Below, piece by piece: positions 8,860 to 17,420 of a DNA stretch of 22,017 nucleotides. Every line of letters starts with the position of its first letter. Position 1 is the first letter of the stretch. The notes under the pieces are model-generated. The model was not told the origin of the DNA. It ran no database searches and worked only from the letters and a program-made list of their open reading frames with translations. The position numbers and the translations under genes are program-made. Origin of the DNA: a virus (Duplodnaviria > Heunggongvirae > Uroviricota > Caudoviricetes); the IMG/VR virus record IMGVR_UViG_2585427734_000004. One strand, 5' to 3'.

Positions 8860-9795
8860 ATGCAACTAACTTCTAAAATTATCAGTAAGTTTAATTATAA
8901 TAGATTAGCTTTCCAATTACTTTTAAATGAGGCCCCCAAAAAATATAAAGTTTATTATATTCCTAAACGTGGCGCAGGTTTTCGGGTGATAGCTCAGCCG
9001 ACAAAGGAACTAAAAAACGTACAGAGATTTATAGTATCTTTGCTACAGCCAAAGCTGCCTGTTCATCATAAGGCAATGGCATATGAATATAAAAAAAGTA
9101 TTAAAGATAATGCATTGTTGCATAAAGATAATAATTATATTCTTAAAATGGATTTTCAGAACTTCTTTAATAAAATTAAACCTGATATATTTTTCTCGAA
9201 ACTTGAGAACACAGGGCTGAAATTGGATTCATTTGATGAGAACACCCTACGTAATTTGCTTTTTTGGCGTCCGGGAAAAAAGAGAAGTACAACGTTGATA
9301 TTAAGTGTAGGGGCGCCAAGCTCACCATTTATTAGTAATTTTGTTATGTATGACTTTGACAAGAGTCTTGATGATTGGTGCCGTAACAATGGTATCACTT
9401 ATTCAAGGTATGCAGATGATATAACTTTTTCAACTAATATTAAGGATATATTGTGCAGGGTTCCTAAGGTGGTAAAAAAAATGTTGTCGCTCCATGTTCC
9501 CGGTCTATCAATCAATGAATCTAAAACAATTTTTACATCGATGGCTCATAATCGGCACGTGACTGGTGTAACACTTACACCTCAGGGCAATTTATCAATT
9601 GGTCGCGATCGTAAAAGGATGCTGTTTGCAAAGATTCATAAATATTCTTTGGGACTCTTATCTTCCGAAGAAATAAATAAAACCAAAGGGATGATTGCGT
9701 TTGCAAATTATTTGGAGGGTGATTTTTTATTAAGGTTACAAAAAAAATATGGTTGTGAGTTAATAACTAAGTTCCTGATGGAAGGAAACAAATAA
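8860..9795 (+). CDS. Retron-type reverse transcriptase
   Basis: 311 aa; YADD catalytic motif (SRYADDITFS), upstream FQNFFNKI, RT-like GAPSSPFISN; AAGAGGGG RBS; AT-rich codon usage. Confidence 0.85.
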   Translation: MQLTSKIISKFNYNRLAFQLLLNEAPKKYKVYYIPKRGAGFRVIAQPTKELKNVQRFIVSLLQPKLPVHHKAMAYEYKKSIKDNALLHKDNNYILKMDFQNFFNKIKPDIFFSKLENTGLKLDSFDENTLRNLLFWRPGKKRSTTLILSVGAPSSPFISNFVMYDFDKSLDDWCRNNGITYSRYADDITFSTNIKDILCRVPKVVKKMLSLHVPGLSINESKTIFTSMAHNRHVTGVTLTPQGNLSIGRDRKRMLFAKIHKYSLGLLSSEEINKTKGMIAFANYLEGDFLLRLQKKYGCELITKFLMEGNK

Positions 9796-11429
9796 TGATA
9801 AATAAAATGAATTTAGAGACTTGCTATGTTGATTTTTTAGAGTTGGAATCACATGTGATAAACGAGGATTATTTGAAGGAGTCTGTTGAGCTTCAAAAGC
9901 TAATATCTACTTTAAATGAGAGTAAGTTTCATTTAAATAAAATAGGTATACATGATTTTAAACGGATAAGAGAACTACAGATTTCCTTAGAAGATGATTT
10001 GACTGTTTTTGTCGGGGATAACGGATTCGGTAAAAGCACTATTTTGGATGCAATAGCAATTGTTTTGAGTTGGTTGAGATCAAATATTGAAAAGGAGAGT
10101 AAGCCTGGTACTTATATTAAAAGCCATGAAGTTAATAACTCTGTTGATGTTGAGTATGCATCAATTGATGCAAATATAAAACTTAAGGACTTTAATACCA
10201 GTATTTTGATTACTAAAGCGAAAGAGGGGGCATATTATTCTAGAAATAATGAATTGTTGGAGGTAAAAAAACTTGCAAGTATTTATAGACTTGTGAATAA
10301 ATATGTTGATAATGCAAGCTTGCCTTTGATGGCATATTATTCTATTGCGCGTTCTTATATAGGCGGTGGGGTTGATAGGAAAAGAAAAAATGCTAAAACT
10401 AAAACTGTATGGTCAAAATTCGATGTGTATGATGAAATCGAGTTTGACAGAAATGATTTTACCGATTTTTTTCAATGGCTTGTATTTCTTCATAACAGAG
10501 CTTCACAAGAGAAATTGAGTGAGTCACAAACGACAATCAATGCGTTATTTTCAGATATTCAAAGTTTGAAAGCAACATTAACTCAACTATCTGCGATTGA
10601 TAATATTGATTCAACAGTTATAAAAGGTTTAGAGCTTTCGCTTAAAGAAAAATTGAACTACATGAAATCTCTGCAATCAGGAGAACATAAGTTTAATAAT
10701 GCAGTATCACTTTATGATAGTGTTATAAATACCATTCTAAAGTTCTTGCCTGAATTTCAGTGGATTAAGCTTGTTTATGGTGATGATGATTATAAGATTA
10801 TCCTTAAAAAAGGAGAGGTTGAATTAGATGTTCAACAGTTGTCTCAAGGTGAGAAAACTATATTTACTTTAGTTGGTGATTTGGCTCGACGTTTAATTTT
10901 ACTTAATCCAAATTTATCTAATCCTCTATTGGGATATGGGATTGTTTTAATTGATGAAATTGATTTGCATTTGCATCCGCAATGGCAACAGACAATTATT
11001 GAGCGTTTGACATCTACATTCCCAAATGTTCAATTTGTAGTTACTACCCATAGCCCACAGGTTTTATCCACTGTTAGCTCTCGTTCAGTGCGTATTCTAC
11101 AGGAAGTGGAAGTAGATGGTGTTAATGATTTGATAGTGTCTCACCCCGACTATCAAATAAAAGGTGTTAGTAATCAGGATGCACTTTTATATGGAATGAG
11201 AACTGATCCTATACCCTCTACTAAAGAAAATGGTTGGCTTGAAGAATATAAAAAATTGGTTGAGCTTAATCGTTATAGCAGTGACGAGGCTCTTTTGTTA
11301 AGAGAAAAAGTTATTAAACATTTCGGATTAGACCATCCTTTAGTTCAAGAGTGTGATGATCTTATATCTGTTTTGGAGTTCAAAAATAAGATAAATCAGC
11401 ACTTTTCTGGAAGTAAGGATGTAAAATGA
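9795..11429 (+). CDS. ABC-type ATPase (Septu PtuA-like) retron effector component
   Basis: Walker A GDNGFGKST, signature LSQGEK, Walker B VLIDEIDLHLHP, H-loop VVTTHSP, with a long helical insert; start overlaps the RT stop. Confidence 0.8.
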   Translation: MINKMNLETCYVDFLELESHVINEDYLKESVELQKLISTLNESKFHLNKIGIHDFKRIRELQISLEDDLTVFVGDNGFGKSTILDAIAIVLSWLRSNIEKESKPGTYIKSHEVNNSVDVEYASIDANIKLKDFNTSILITKAKEGAYYSRNNELLEVKKLASIYRLVNKYVDNASLPLMAYYSIARSYIGGGVDRKRKNAKTKTVWSKFDVYDEIEFDRNDFTDFFQWLVFLHNRASQEKLSESQTTINALFSDIQSLKATLTQLSAIDNIDSTVIKGLELSLKEKLNYMKSLQSGEHKFNNAVSLYDSVINTILKFLPEFQWIKLVYGDDDYKIILKKGEVELDVQQLSQGEKTIFTLVGDLARRLILLNPNLSNPLLGYGIVLIDEIDLHLHPQWQQTIIERLTSTFPNVQFVVTTHSPQVLSTVSSRSVRILQEVEVDGVNDLIVSHPDYQIKGVSNQDALLYGMRTDPIPSTKENGWLEEYKKLVELNRYSSDEALLLREKVIKHFGLDHPLVQECDDLISVLEFKNKINQHFSGSKDVK

Positions 11430-12109
11430 AATATCTATCTAGGCAAATGCCAGGGCCTTCCGTTCTTAATAAATTTGACTATAGGAGGGATGATTGGAAT
11501 TCCCTATCATCAAATGATAAAAAAGAAATATGGGAAGAAATAATAAAAATGCAAGGTAAATTATGTGCTTATTGCGAGAAAAAAATAGAGCATCATAAAA
11601 GTGGTGACAAAAATAAAGTTGAGAGGCATATTGAGCATTTTTACAGGAAAAGTTATTACAAAAATTTAACTTTCGAGTGGTCTAATTTGTTTGGCTCATG
11701 TGGTGAGCCGCAAAGGTGTGGGTTTTATAAGGATAAGCAAAAATATAACGATGATGATTTAATTAAAGCTGATAGACAAAATCCAGATGTTTTTTTCCAT
11801 TTTTTGGAAAATGGTGATGTTCATATTAGAGAAGGCTTGAATGAGAAAGAACACAAAATGGCAGAGGTTACGTTAAGAGTATTTAACTTAAACCCGTCCT
11901 CAGGAGGAGTCAAGGCGGAAAGAAGACGTGCAATAGAATTAAGCATGACATTAATAAAGGAACTGGTCGGATGTGCATCTCAGCTTATTGAATCAGGATG
12001 TGAAATTGAAGATGTTAGATCTATGGTCTTTGATGAGTTTAAAAAGAATGTAAAAGATAGATGCTTTACCACTGCGATAAAGCATGTTTTTGAGAATAGA
12101 ATGCCTTAA
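11426..12109 (+). CDS. HNH endonuclease (PtuB-like) retron effector component
   Basis: CAYCEKK...HIEHF HNH-like Cys/His motifs; ATGA overlap with the ATPase stop. Confidence 0.75.
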   Translation: MKYLSRQMPGPSVLNKFDYRRDDWNSLSSNDKKEIWEEIIKMQGKLCAYCEKKIEHHKSGDKNKVERHIEHFYRKSYYKNLTFEWSNLFGSCGEPQRCGFYKDKQKYNDDDLIKADRQNPDVFFHFLENGDVHIREGLNEKEHKMAEVTLRVFNLNPSSGGVKAERRRAIELSMTLIKELVGCASQLIESGCEIEDVRSMVFDEFKKNVKDRCFTTAIKHVFENRMP

Positions 12110-12190
12110 AGGTTAGAGGGATGTATATATAATTAATCTATATTATATTCTGAGAAATTGATAATATGCATCCCTATCCACTGATTAAAT

Positions 12191-12652
12191 TCATGGATTT
12201 TTTTTTTGTAGAGGTACTAATTCATTTGTCACAAAAACCTTACTAGCTTTCTCCACATCCCCAAACCCCCCAACATTATTCGGCATAATCCCCATCATTT
12301 GCGGCGGCACACGGTGTGCCGCCATCATGTCGTCCCGGCTCACGTTCTTGATATTCAGAAATTCATCCTTCGCTGCAACTTCTGACAACGGGATGATCTG
12401 AAGCCCGTCCTTTTTGCCGTTAGGCGAGTACATAAACAAGTTACGGAAGTTGCCCGGTCCTTTGGCGCTTTTCATCGCGTTGCGGAGGTTGTTCACATCC
12501 TCCTGGTTCTGCGCGGCGTCAGTCATATACATGATGAAGCCTGCATGACTGCCGTTAATGTAATACTTGCGGCGGAACAGCGTGGCGGACTCGTTGAGCA
12601 GGGCTGACGGAATGGCAGAAAGATAAGTTTTTTCTAACGGAGCACGGCTCAT
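12191..12652 (-). pseudogene. Capsid portal (gpQ-like) C-terminal fragment; terminase gene absent
   Basis: Minus-strand ORF whose 5' end overlaps the O start codon, leaving no P-O intergenic promoter; no Walker A, so not a terminase N-terminus. The Q assignment is by position and elimination. Confidence 0.35.
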
Positions 12653-13484
12653 GACAGTGAAAGCAAAGCGTTTTCGCATCGGGGTGGAAGGTGCCACCAC
12701 CGACGGACGCGAAATCCAGCGTGAATGGCTGGAACAGATGGCAGCCAGCTACAACCCGGCGGTGTACACCGCGCTGATTAACCTTGAGCACATCAAGTCT
12801 TATCTGCCGGACAGCACCTTTAACCGCTACGGCAAGGTGACGGCGCTGTTTGCTGAAGAAATCACGGAAGGTCCGCTGGCAGGCAAGATGGCATTGTATG
12901 CCGACGTTGAGCCAACGGAGTCCCTGGTGGAACTGGTGAAAAAAGGCCAGAAATTATTCACCTCTATGGAAGTCAGCCCGAAGTTCGCTGATACGGGCAA
13001 AGCCTCCCTGGTTGGCCTGGCCGCCACTGATGATCCCGCCAGTCTGGGTACGGAAATGCTGACATTCAGCGCCAGTGCAGCCCATACCCCGCTGGCAAAC
13101 CGCAAGCAGAATCCCGCCAATCTTTTTACCGCTGCAGAGGAAACGGTGATCGAACTGGAAGAAATCCAGGAGGACAAGCCGTCCCTGTTTGCCCGTGTCA
13201 CGGCGCTGTTTACCAAAAAAGAGCAGTCCGATGACGCCCGGTTCTCTGATGTGCATAAGGCCGTGGAGCTGGTCGCCACTGAGCAGCAGAACCTGAGCGC
13301 ACGCACCGAAAAATCCCTGTCTGAGCAGGAAGAACGCCTGTCTGAGCTGGAGACTGCTCTGCAGGAGCAGCAAACCGCCTTAAACGAACTGGTGAATAAG
13401 CTGAGTCATGAAGACAGCCGCCAGGACTACCGCCAGCGTGCAACAGGCGGTAACGCCCCCGCTGACACTCTGACCAATTGCTGA
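12651..13484 (+). CDS. O: Capsid scaffolding protein gpO
   Basis: N-terminus FRIGVEGATTDGREIQ...INLEH...SMEVSPKFADTGK...LVGLAATDDPASLGTE matches recalled P2 gpO (FRIGVEGDTCDGR...INLEH...LVGLAVTDDPASLGTE). Confidence 0.8.
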   Translation: MTVKAKRFRIGVEGATTDGREIQREWLEQMAASYNPAVYTALINLEHIKSYLPDSTFNRYGKVTALFAEEITEGPLAGKMALYADVEPTESLVELVKKGQKLFTSMEVSPKFADTGKASLVGLAATDDPASLGTEMLTFSASAAHTPLANRKQNPANLFTAAEETVIELEEIQEDKPSLFARVTALFTKKEQSDDARFSDVHKAVELVATEQQNLSARTEKSLSEQEERLSELETALQEQQTALNELVNKLSHEDSRQDYRQRATGGNAPADTLTNC

Positions 13485-13500
13485 TGGAGCACAAAACCTG

Positions 13501-13890
13501 ATGAAGAAGAATACCCGCTTTGCTTTTAACGCTTACCTGCAGCAACTGGCACGTCTGAACGGTGTGGCAGTTGAAGAACTGTCCAGCAAGTTCACTGTAG
13601 AGCCGTCTGTGCAGCAGACGCTGGAAGACCAGATCCAGCAGTCCGCCGCTTTCCTGACGCTGATTAACGTCACGCCAGTGCCTGAGCAGTCCGGTCAGCT
13701 GCTGGGGCTGGGTGTTGGCAGCACCATTGCCGGAACCACTGACACCACCGCGAAAGAGCGTGAACCTGTCGATCCGACGCTGATGGTCGATGTGGAATAC
13801 AAATGCGAACAGACCAACTTTGACACGGTGCTGACCTACGCGAAGCTGGACCTGTGGATCAGGCAACGCCGCGCACTAACGGTGATCTGA
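13501..13890 (+). pseudogene. N: Major capsid protein gpN, N-terminal ~120 aa only
   Basis: TRFAFNAYL...NGV...SKKFTVEPSV...LDLW matches the recalled P2 gpN N-terminus (TRFKFNAYL...KKFTVEPSV...LDLW), then diverges and stops; full gpN is ~357 aa. Confidence 0.6.
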
Positions 13891-13974
13891 ACGCGTTGCT
13901 GGATGAAACGGAGGCCGCCTGGGCGGTCTGTGCAGACAAAGTGGACATGATTATTGCGTGTCAGGAGCGAAACA

Positions 13975-14406
13975 GTGAACAAACCACAATCCCTGCGCCA
14001 CGCCCTCAATAAAGCAGTGCCTTATGTCCGCAATAACCCGGACAAACTGCATCTGTTTGTGGATAACGGTTCGCTGGTTGCCACGGGGGCCAGCTCCATG
14101 TCATGGGAGTACCGCTATACCCTGAACGTGGTGATTGAGGATTTCAGCGGCGACCAGAATCTGCTGATGGCCCCGGTTTTGCTGTGGCTGCGGGATAATC
14201 AGCCTGATGCCATCAATAACCCGGCGTTACGGGAAAAGTTATTCACCTTTGAGGTGGATATTCTGCGCAATGATGTCTGTGATATCAGCCTTAACCTGCA
14301 ACTGACGGAGCGTGTGCTGGTCAGCACTGATGGCAGTGTGTCGAGTGTTGAAGCTGTAGCGGAACCCGATGAACCTGAAGAAATGTGGACGGTGAAACGT
14401 GGCTGA
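13975..14406 (+). CDS. R: Tail completion protein gpR
   Basis: GTG 13975 with AGGAG RBS; KPQSLRHALNKAV...NPDKLHLFVDNGS...LWLRDNQPD resembles recalled P2 gpR (KPDSLRRALTDAV...NPDMLRIFVDNGS...AWLRENQPD). Confidence 0.7.
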   Translation: MNKPQSLRHALNKAVPYVRNNPDKLHLFVDNGSLVATGASSMSWEYRYTLNVVIEDFSGDQNLLMAPVLLWLRDNQPDAINNPALREKLFTFEVDILRNDVCDISLNLQLTERVLVSTDGSVSSVEAVAEPDEPEEMWTVKRG

Positions 14407-14845
14407 ATTGCAGAAGGTGGACGGCTGGTTGAGTGCCTTGCTGGCGAATCTGGAGCCAGCCGCAAGAAGCCGTATGATGCGCCAGCTGGCGCAAGAACTG
14501 CGCCGGACACAGCAGCAGAACATCAGGATGCAGCGCAATCCAGATGGCAGTAGTTATGAGCCGCGCAGAGTAACAGCACGCAGCAAAAAGGGGCGCATCA
14601 AACGTCAGATGTTTGCAAAGCTGCGCACCAAAAAATACCTGAAAACTGCCGCCAGCGCCGATTCTGCCAGCGTGCAGTTTGAAGGTAAGGTGCAGCGCAT
14701 TGCCCGCGTTCATCACTACGGCCTGCGTGATCGTGTTAGTCGTAAGGGGCCGGAGGTACGTTATGCTGAGCGGCGGCTATTGGGTTTCAACGATGAAGCT
14801 ACTCTTCAAATTAAGACAATTTTATCTAGTTACTTAATGGGGTGA
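14399..14845 (+). CDS. S: Tail completion / virion morphogenesis protein gpS
   Basis: GTG start overlapping the R stop; LEPAARSRMMRQLAQELRRTQQQNI...PDGS...GRIKRQMFAKLR...IARVHHYG fits the gpS virion-morphogenesis family pattern. The 3' end runs into AT-rich insert sequence. Confidence 0.7.
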   Translation: MAELQKVDGWLSALLANLEPAARSRMMRQLAQELRRTQQQNIRMQRNPDGSSYEPRRVTARSKKGRIKRQMFAKLRTKKYLKTAASADSASVQFEGKVQRIARVHHYGLRDRVSRKGPEVRYAERRLLGFNDEATLQIKTILSSYLMG

Positions 14846-14937
14846 AGATTCATGCTTTTGCTAGCTTCTACAAGGTTTTATGCTTCTAAACACTGTATGT
14901 TTAATTTGACATATAACTATTTGTACAAGCGGTGAGT

Positions 14938-16161
14938 ATGAAAAAGCAAGATGAGTCCCCCAAAGCTGATAAATCAAATTTAGATAAAAGTGAGTCTGAA
15001 CCACCAAAAGCGAACTCTATGGCAGATGCCATGGCCATAGCGGCAGAGGTTGCTACGACAGCAACGTCAGTTCAAACATCAACCTTTGCAATTATCGCGG
15101 ATTTTCTACGTTCAGGTGGTATAGAAAAACTAACTTCAAATGCTATCAAAAATTTAGAAATAAAAGTAAAGGGCCATTCTCAAGCGACAAGAACTACGGT
15201 ATTGAGGAACCTGAAGACCTCTTTCAAAGAGGAGAATTTAGTTCTTGTTTTAGGTGCTGGCATTTCTTTAGATTACAGCATACCAACATGGAGTGAATTA
15301 TTAAAGCGGCTATTGGCAAGAGCTTTGGATGATAAAAATGAAAATCAGAAAATGGTATCGGTTTTGTTTAATGAGGTTTTCGGTCCGAACGCACTCATAG
15401 CAGCCAGATATCTAAAACTACACTTTGATGGTATTAATACTCCCTTGGAAAAAGAAATTCAGCATGTTTTGTATGAATATTATCAGGAGGAAGAAAGCAG
15501 TACATTGAAAGCAATCAAGAAATTGTGCATATCGGCAGGCAAGTCACCAGGTCTAGATTCCGTTATTACATATAACTATGATGATATTTTGGAACAGACA
15601 TTAACTAGAGCTGATGTTGGTATAAAGTATAAGGTGATTTCAAAGACGGGACAGCATGCAAAAAATGATGAACTGCCGATCTACCATGTGCATGGCTATC
15701 TCCCATTGCAGGGGAAAGTTGAACTCGATGACACGCTAGTCCTTTCTGATGAAAGCTATCATAGGCAATACATGGATTTATACCATTGGAGCAATATGGT
15801 TCAGTTGAATAAATTCAAAGATGGTAATTGCCTGTTTGTTGGTCATTCCTTTACAGATCCAAACCTCAGAAGGTTGATGGATACAGCCAAAAAACTTAGA
15901 GGGAATGATTCTAAACCTCATTATTTAATTAAGTGTAGACATTCGAAAGAAGATGTGATTGCTAATATTCAAAGAATTGTTAGTGACTCAAGAAATGGAT
16001 TTGATAATAAACTGAATATTAATGAGGATGCAATCGCGACCTCTCTTTTACAGACAGTGCATACTTTTGAAGAAATCGATGCTAATTCATTTGGCGTGAA
16101 TGTTATTTGGATCGACTCTTACGATGAGATTGCACCAATACTTAATGATCTAACACAATAA
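14938..16161 (+). CDS. SIR2-family (SIR2_2-like) protein, candidate NAD+-depleting defence effector
   Basis: LVLVLGAGISLDYSIPTWSELL (GAGxS), VITYNYDDILEQ (TxNYD) and PIYHVHGYL (HxHG) motifs; low-complexity K/E/S/A/T-rich N-terminal ~90 aa; AT-rich gene in a GC-rich tail cluster. Start could also be GTG 14932 or ATG 15019. Confidence 0.75.
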   Translation: MKKQDESPKADKSNLDKSESEPPKANSMADAMAIAAEVATTATSVQTSTFAIIADFLRSGGIEKLTSNAIKNLEIKVKGHSQATRTTVLRNLKTSFKEENLVLVLGAGISLDYSIPTWSELLKRLLARALDDKNENQKMVSVLFNEVFGPNALIAARYLKLHFDGINTPLEKEIQHVLYEYYQEEESSTLKAIKKLCISAGKSPGLDSVITYNYDDILEQTLTRADVGIKYKVISKTGQHAKNDELPIYHVHGYLPLQGKVELDDTLVLSDESYHRQYMDLYHWSNMVQLNKFKDGNCLFVGHSFTDPNLRRLMDTAKKLRGNDSKPHYLIKCRHSKEDVIANIQRIVSDSRNGFDNKLNINEDAIATSLLQTVHTFEEIDANSFGVNVIWIDSYDEIAPILNDLTQ

Positions 16162-16238
16162 TCTCCCTAAGTTGTGCCAGAAATGGCACAGCTTTAAATC
16201 CTATCCTAATGACGGCAGCATTTGGCAATCTAATTGCC

Positions 16239-16454
16239 ATGAACGCTCAACTAACAGAAATCATGCGCCTTATCACCAATCTGATCCGCACTGGTGTAGT
16301 CACCGAAGTGGACCGGGAAAACTGGCTTTGTCGGGTGAAAACGGGCGACCTTGAAACCAACTGGATTAACTGGCTGACACTGCGCGCGGGCAAATCGCGC
16401 ACCTGGTGGAAAACTCACCATCGACTACGACTACACGCCAGTGCCGCCACTTGA
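16239..16454 (+). pseudogene. V: Baseplate spike gpV, N-terminal fragment
   Basis: [42 protein letters not shown] matches the recalled P2 gpV N-terminus (IRTGIIVETD...CRVQTG...WLQWLTHRAGRSRTWW), then diverges after ~60 aa and stops. Confidence 0.55.
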
Positions 16455-16524
16455 AAATCTGATGCTGCGCCAGCGCATCACCGATCAGTACCTGGTGAAT
16501 TTCGCAAGCCAGGTCAGCGCGTAA
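16387..16524 (+). pseudogene. Possible tail sheath (FI) C-terminal fragment
   Basis: A second frame reads ...[36 protein letters not shown] and stops 10 bp before the FII start with an RBS, the geometry expected for the end of FI. Identity is inferred from position only. Confidence 0.3.
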
Positions 16525-16533
16525 GGGGACAAC

Positions 16534-17049
16534 ATGGCTTTACCACGCAAATTAAAACATCTGAACCTGTTTAACGACGGGAACAACTGGCAGGGGATCG
16601 TTGAGTCGCTGACGCTGCCGAAATTCACCCGCAAATATGAGAAGTATCGCGGCGGCGGTATGCCGGGGGCGGTGGATGTGGATCTGGGACTGGATGACAG
16701 TGCACTGGATACAGAATTTTCCATTGGTGGTACCGAACTGCTGCTGTTTAAGCAGATGGGCAAATCCACGGTGGATGGCATCCAGTTGCGCTTTACCGGC
16801 TCTATCCAGCGTGACGATACCGGGGAAGTGCAGGCCGTGGAGCTTGTGGTGCGTGGACGTCACAAAGAAGTGGATTCCGGCGAGTGGAAGACGGGCGAAA
16901 GCAACACCACCAAAGTGACCAGTACCAACAGCTACGCGAAGCTGACCATCAATGGTGAGGTGCTCTATGAAGTGGACCTTATCAACATGGTGGAAATTGT
17001 GGACGGTGTGGACCTGATGGAAGCGCACCGCAACGCCCTCGGCCTCTGA
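16534..17049 (+). CDS. FII: Tail tube protein gpFII
   Basis: MALPRKLKHLNLFNDG...RGGGMPGAVDVDLGL...RDDTGEV...VRGRHK matches recalled P2 FII; AAGGGGA RBS. Confidence 0.85.
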   Translation: MALPRKLKHLNLFNDGNNWQGIVESLTLPKFTRKYEKYRGGGMPGAVDVDLGLDDSALDTEFSIGGTELLLFKQMGKSTVDGIQLRFTGSIQRDDTGEVQAVELVVRGRHKEVDSGEWKTGESNTTKVTSTNSYAKLTINGEVLYEVDLINMVEIVDGVDLMEAHRNALGL

Positions 17050-17103
17050 TGTATCTGAACGGCGCGGGATACCGCGCCAGAACCCAATTTACAGGACAAC
17101 AAA

Positions 17104-17406
17104 ATGAGCGATAAGCAGACTGAAAAGACCATTCAACTGGATACCCCTATCAAGCGCGGTAAAACGGAAATCACCGAAATTGTGCTGCGTAAGCCGCAGT
17201 CCGGTGCGCTGCGCGGCACGCGCCTGCAGGCCATTATGGATATGGATGTGAACGCGATGATGACCGTGATCCCCCGCATTTCCAGTCCGGTACTGACTGC
17301 ACAGGAAATCGCAGAGATGGACCCGGCAGATCTCACCGCTATGTCGGTTGAGGTTGTCACTTTTTTGTTGAAGAAGTCGGTGCTTGCCGGTTTACCGACA
17401 GCCTGA
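17104..17406 (+). CDS. E: Tail assembly chaperone gpE
   Basis: 100-aa ORF after FII containing the TTTTTTG slippery heptamer near its 3' end, the expected E/E' arrangement. Confidence 0.75.
   Translation: MSDKQTEKTIQLDTPIKRGKTEITEIVLRKPQSGALRGTRLQAIMDMDVNAMMTVIPRISSPVLTAQEIAEMDPADLTAMSVEVVTFLLKKSVLAGLPTA
17361..17367 (+). promoter_or_regulatory. Programmed -1 frameshift slippery site TTTTTTG (E to E')
   Basis: Heptamer located 37 nt before the E stop; the -1 frame is open from here to 17756. Confidence 0.6.
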
Positions 17407-17420
17407 CGGTTGACGATCTG

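Noticed and set aside
12827-13866. Minus-strand ORFs (159, 139 and 218 aa) opposite gpO/gpN
   Set aside because: Antisense to recognisable capsid genes; Ser/Ala/Arg/Gly-rich low-complexity translations; no start context.
13931-13949. TGT-N13-ACA element upstream of gpR as an Ogr-dependent late promoter
   Set aside because: Spacing is 13 rather than the 12 of the P2 late-promoter consensus, and the position relative to the start is uncertain.
14199-14716. Minus-strand ORFs (99-131 aa) opposite gpR/gpS
   Set aside because: Antisense shadow ORFs in GC-rich coding DNA.
16172-16354. 60-aa plus-strand ORF after the SIR2-family gene as a possible partner gene
   Set aside because: Overlaps the gpV fragment in another frame, has no RBS and a His/Ser/Arg-rich translation; likely spurious.
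16552-17028. 158-aa minus-strand ORF and 93-aa plus-strand alternative-frame ORF overlapping FII
   Set aside because: FII is confidently assigned on the plus strand; these are overlapping-frame artefacts.
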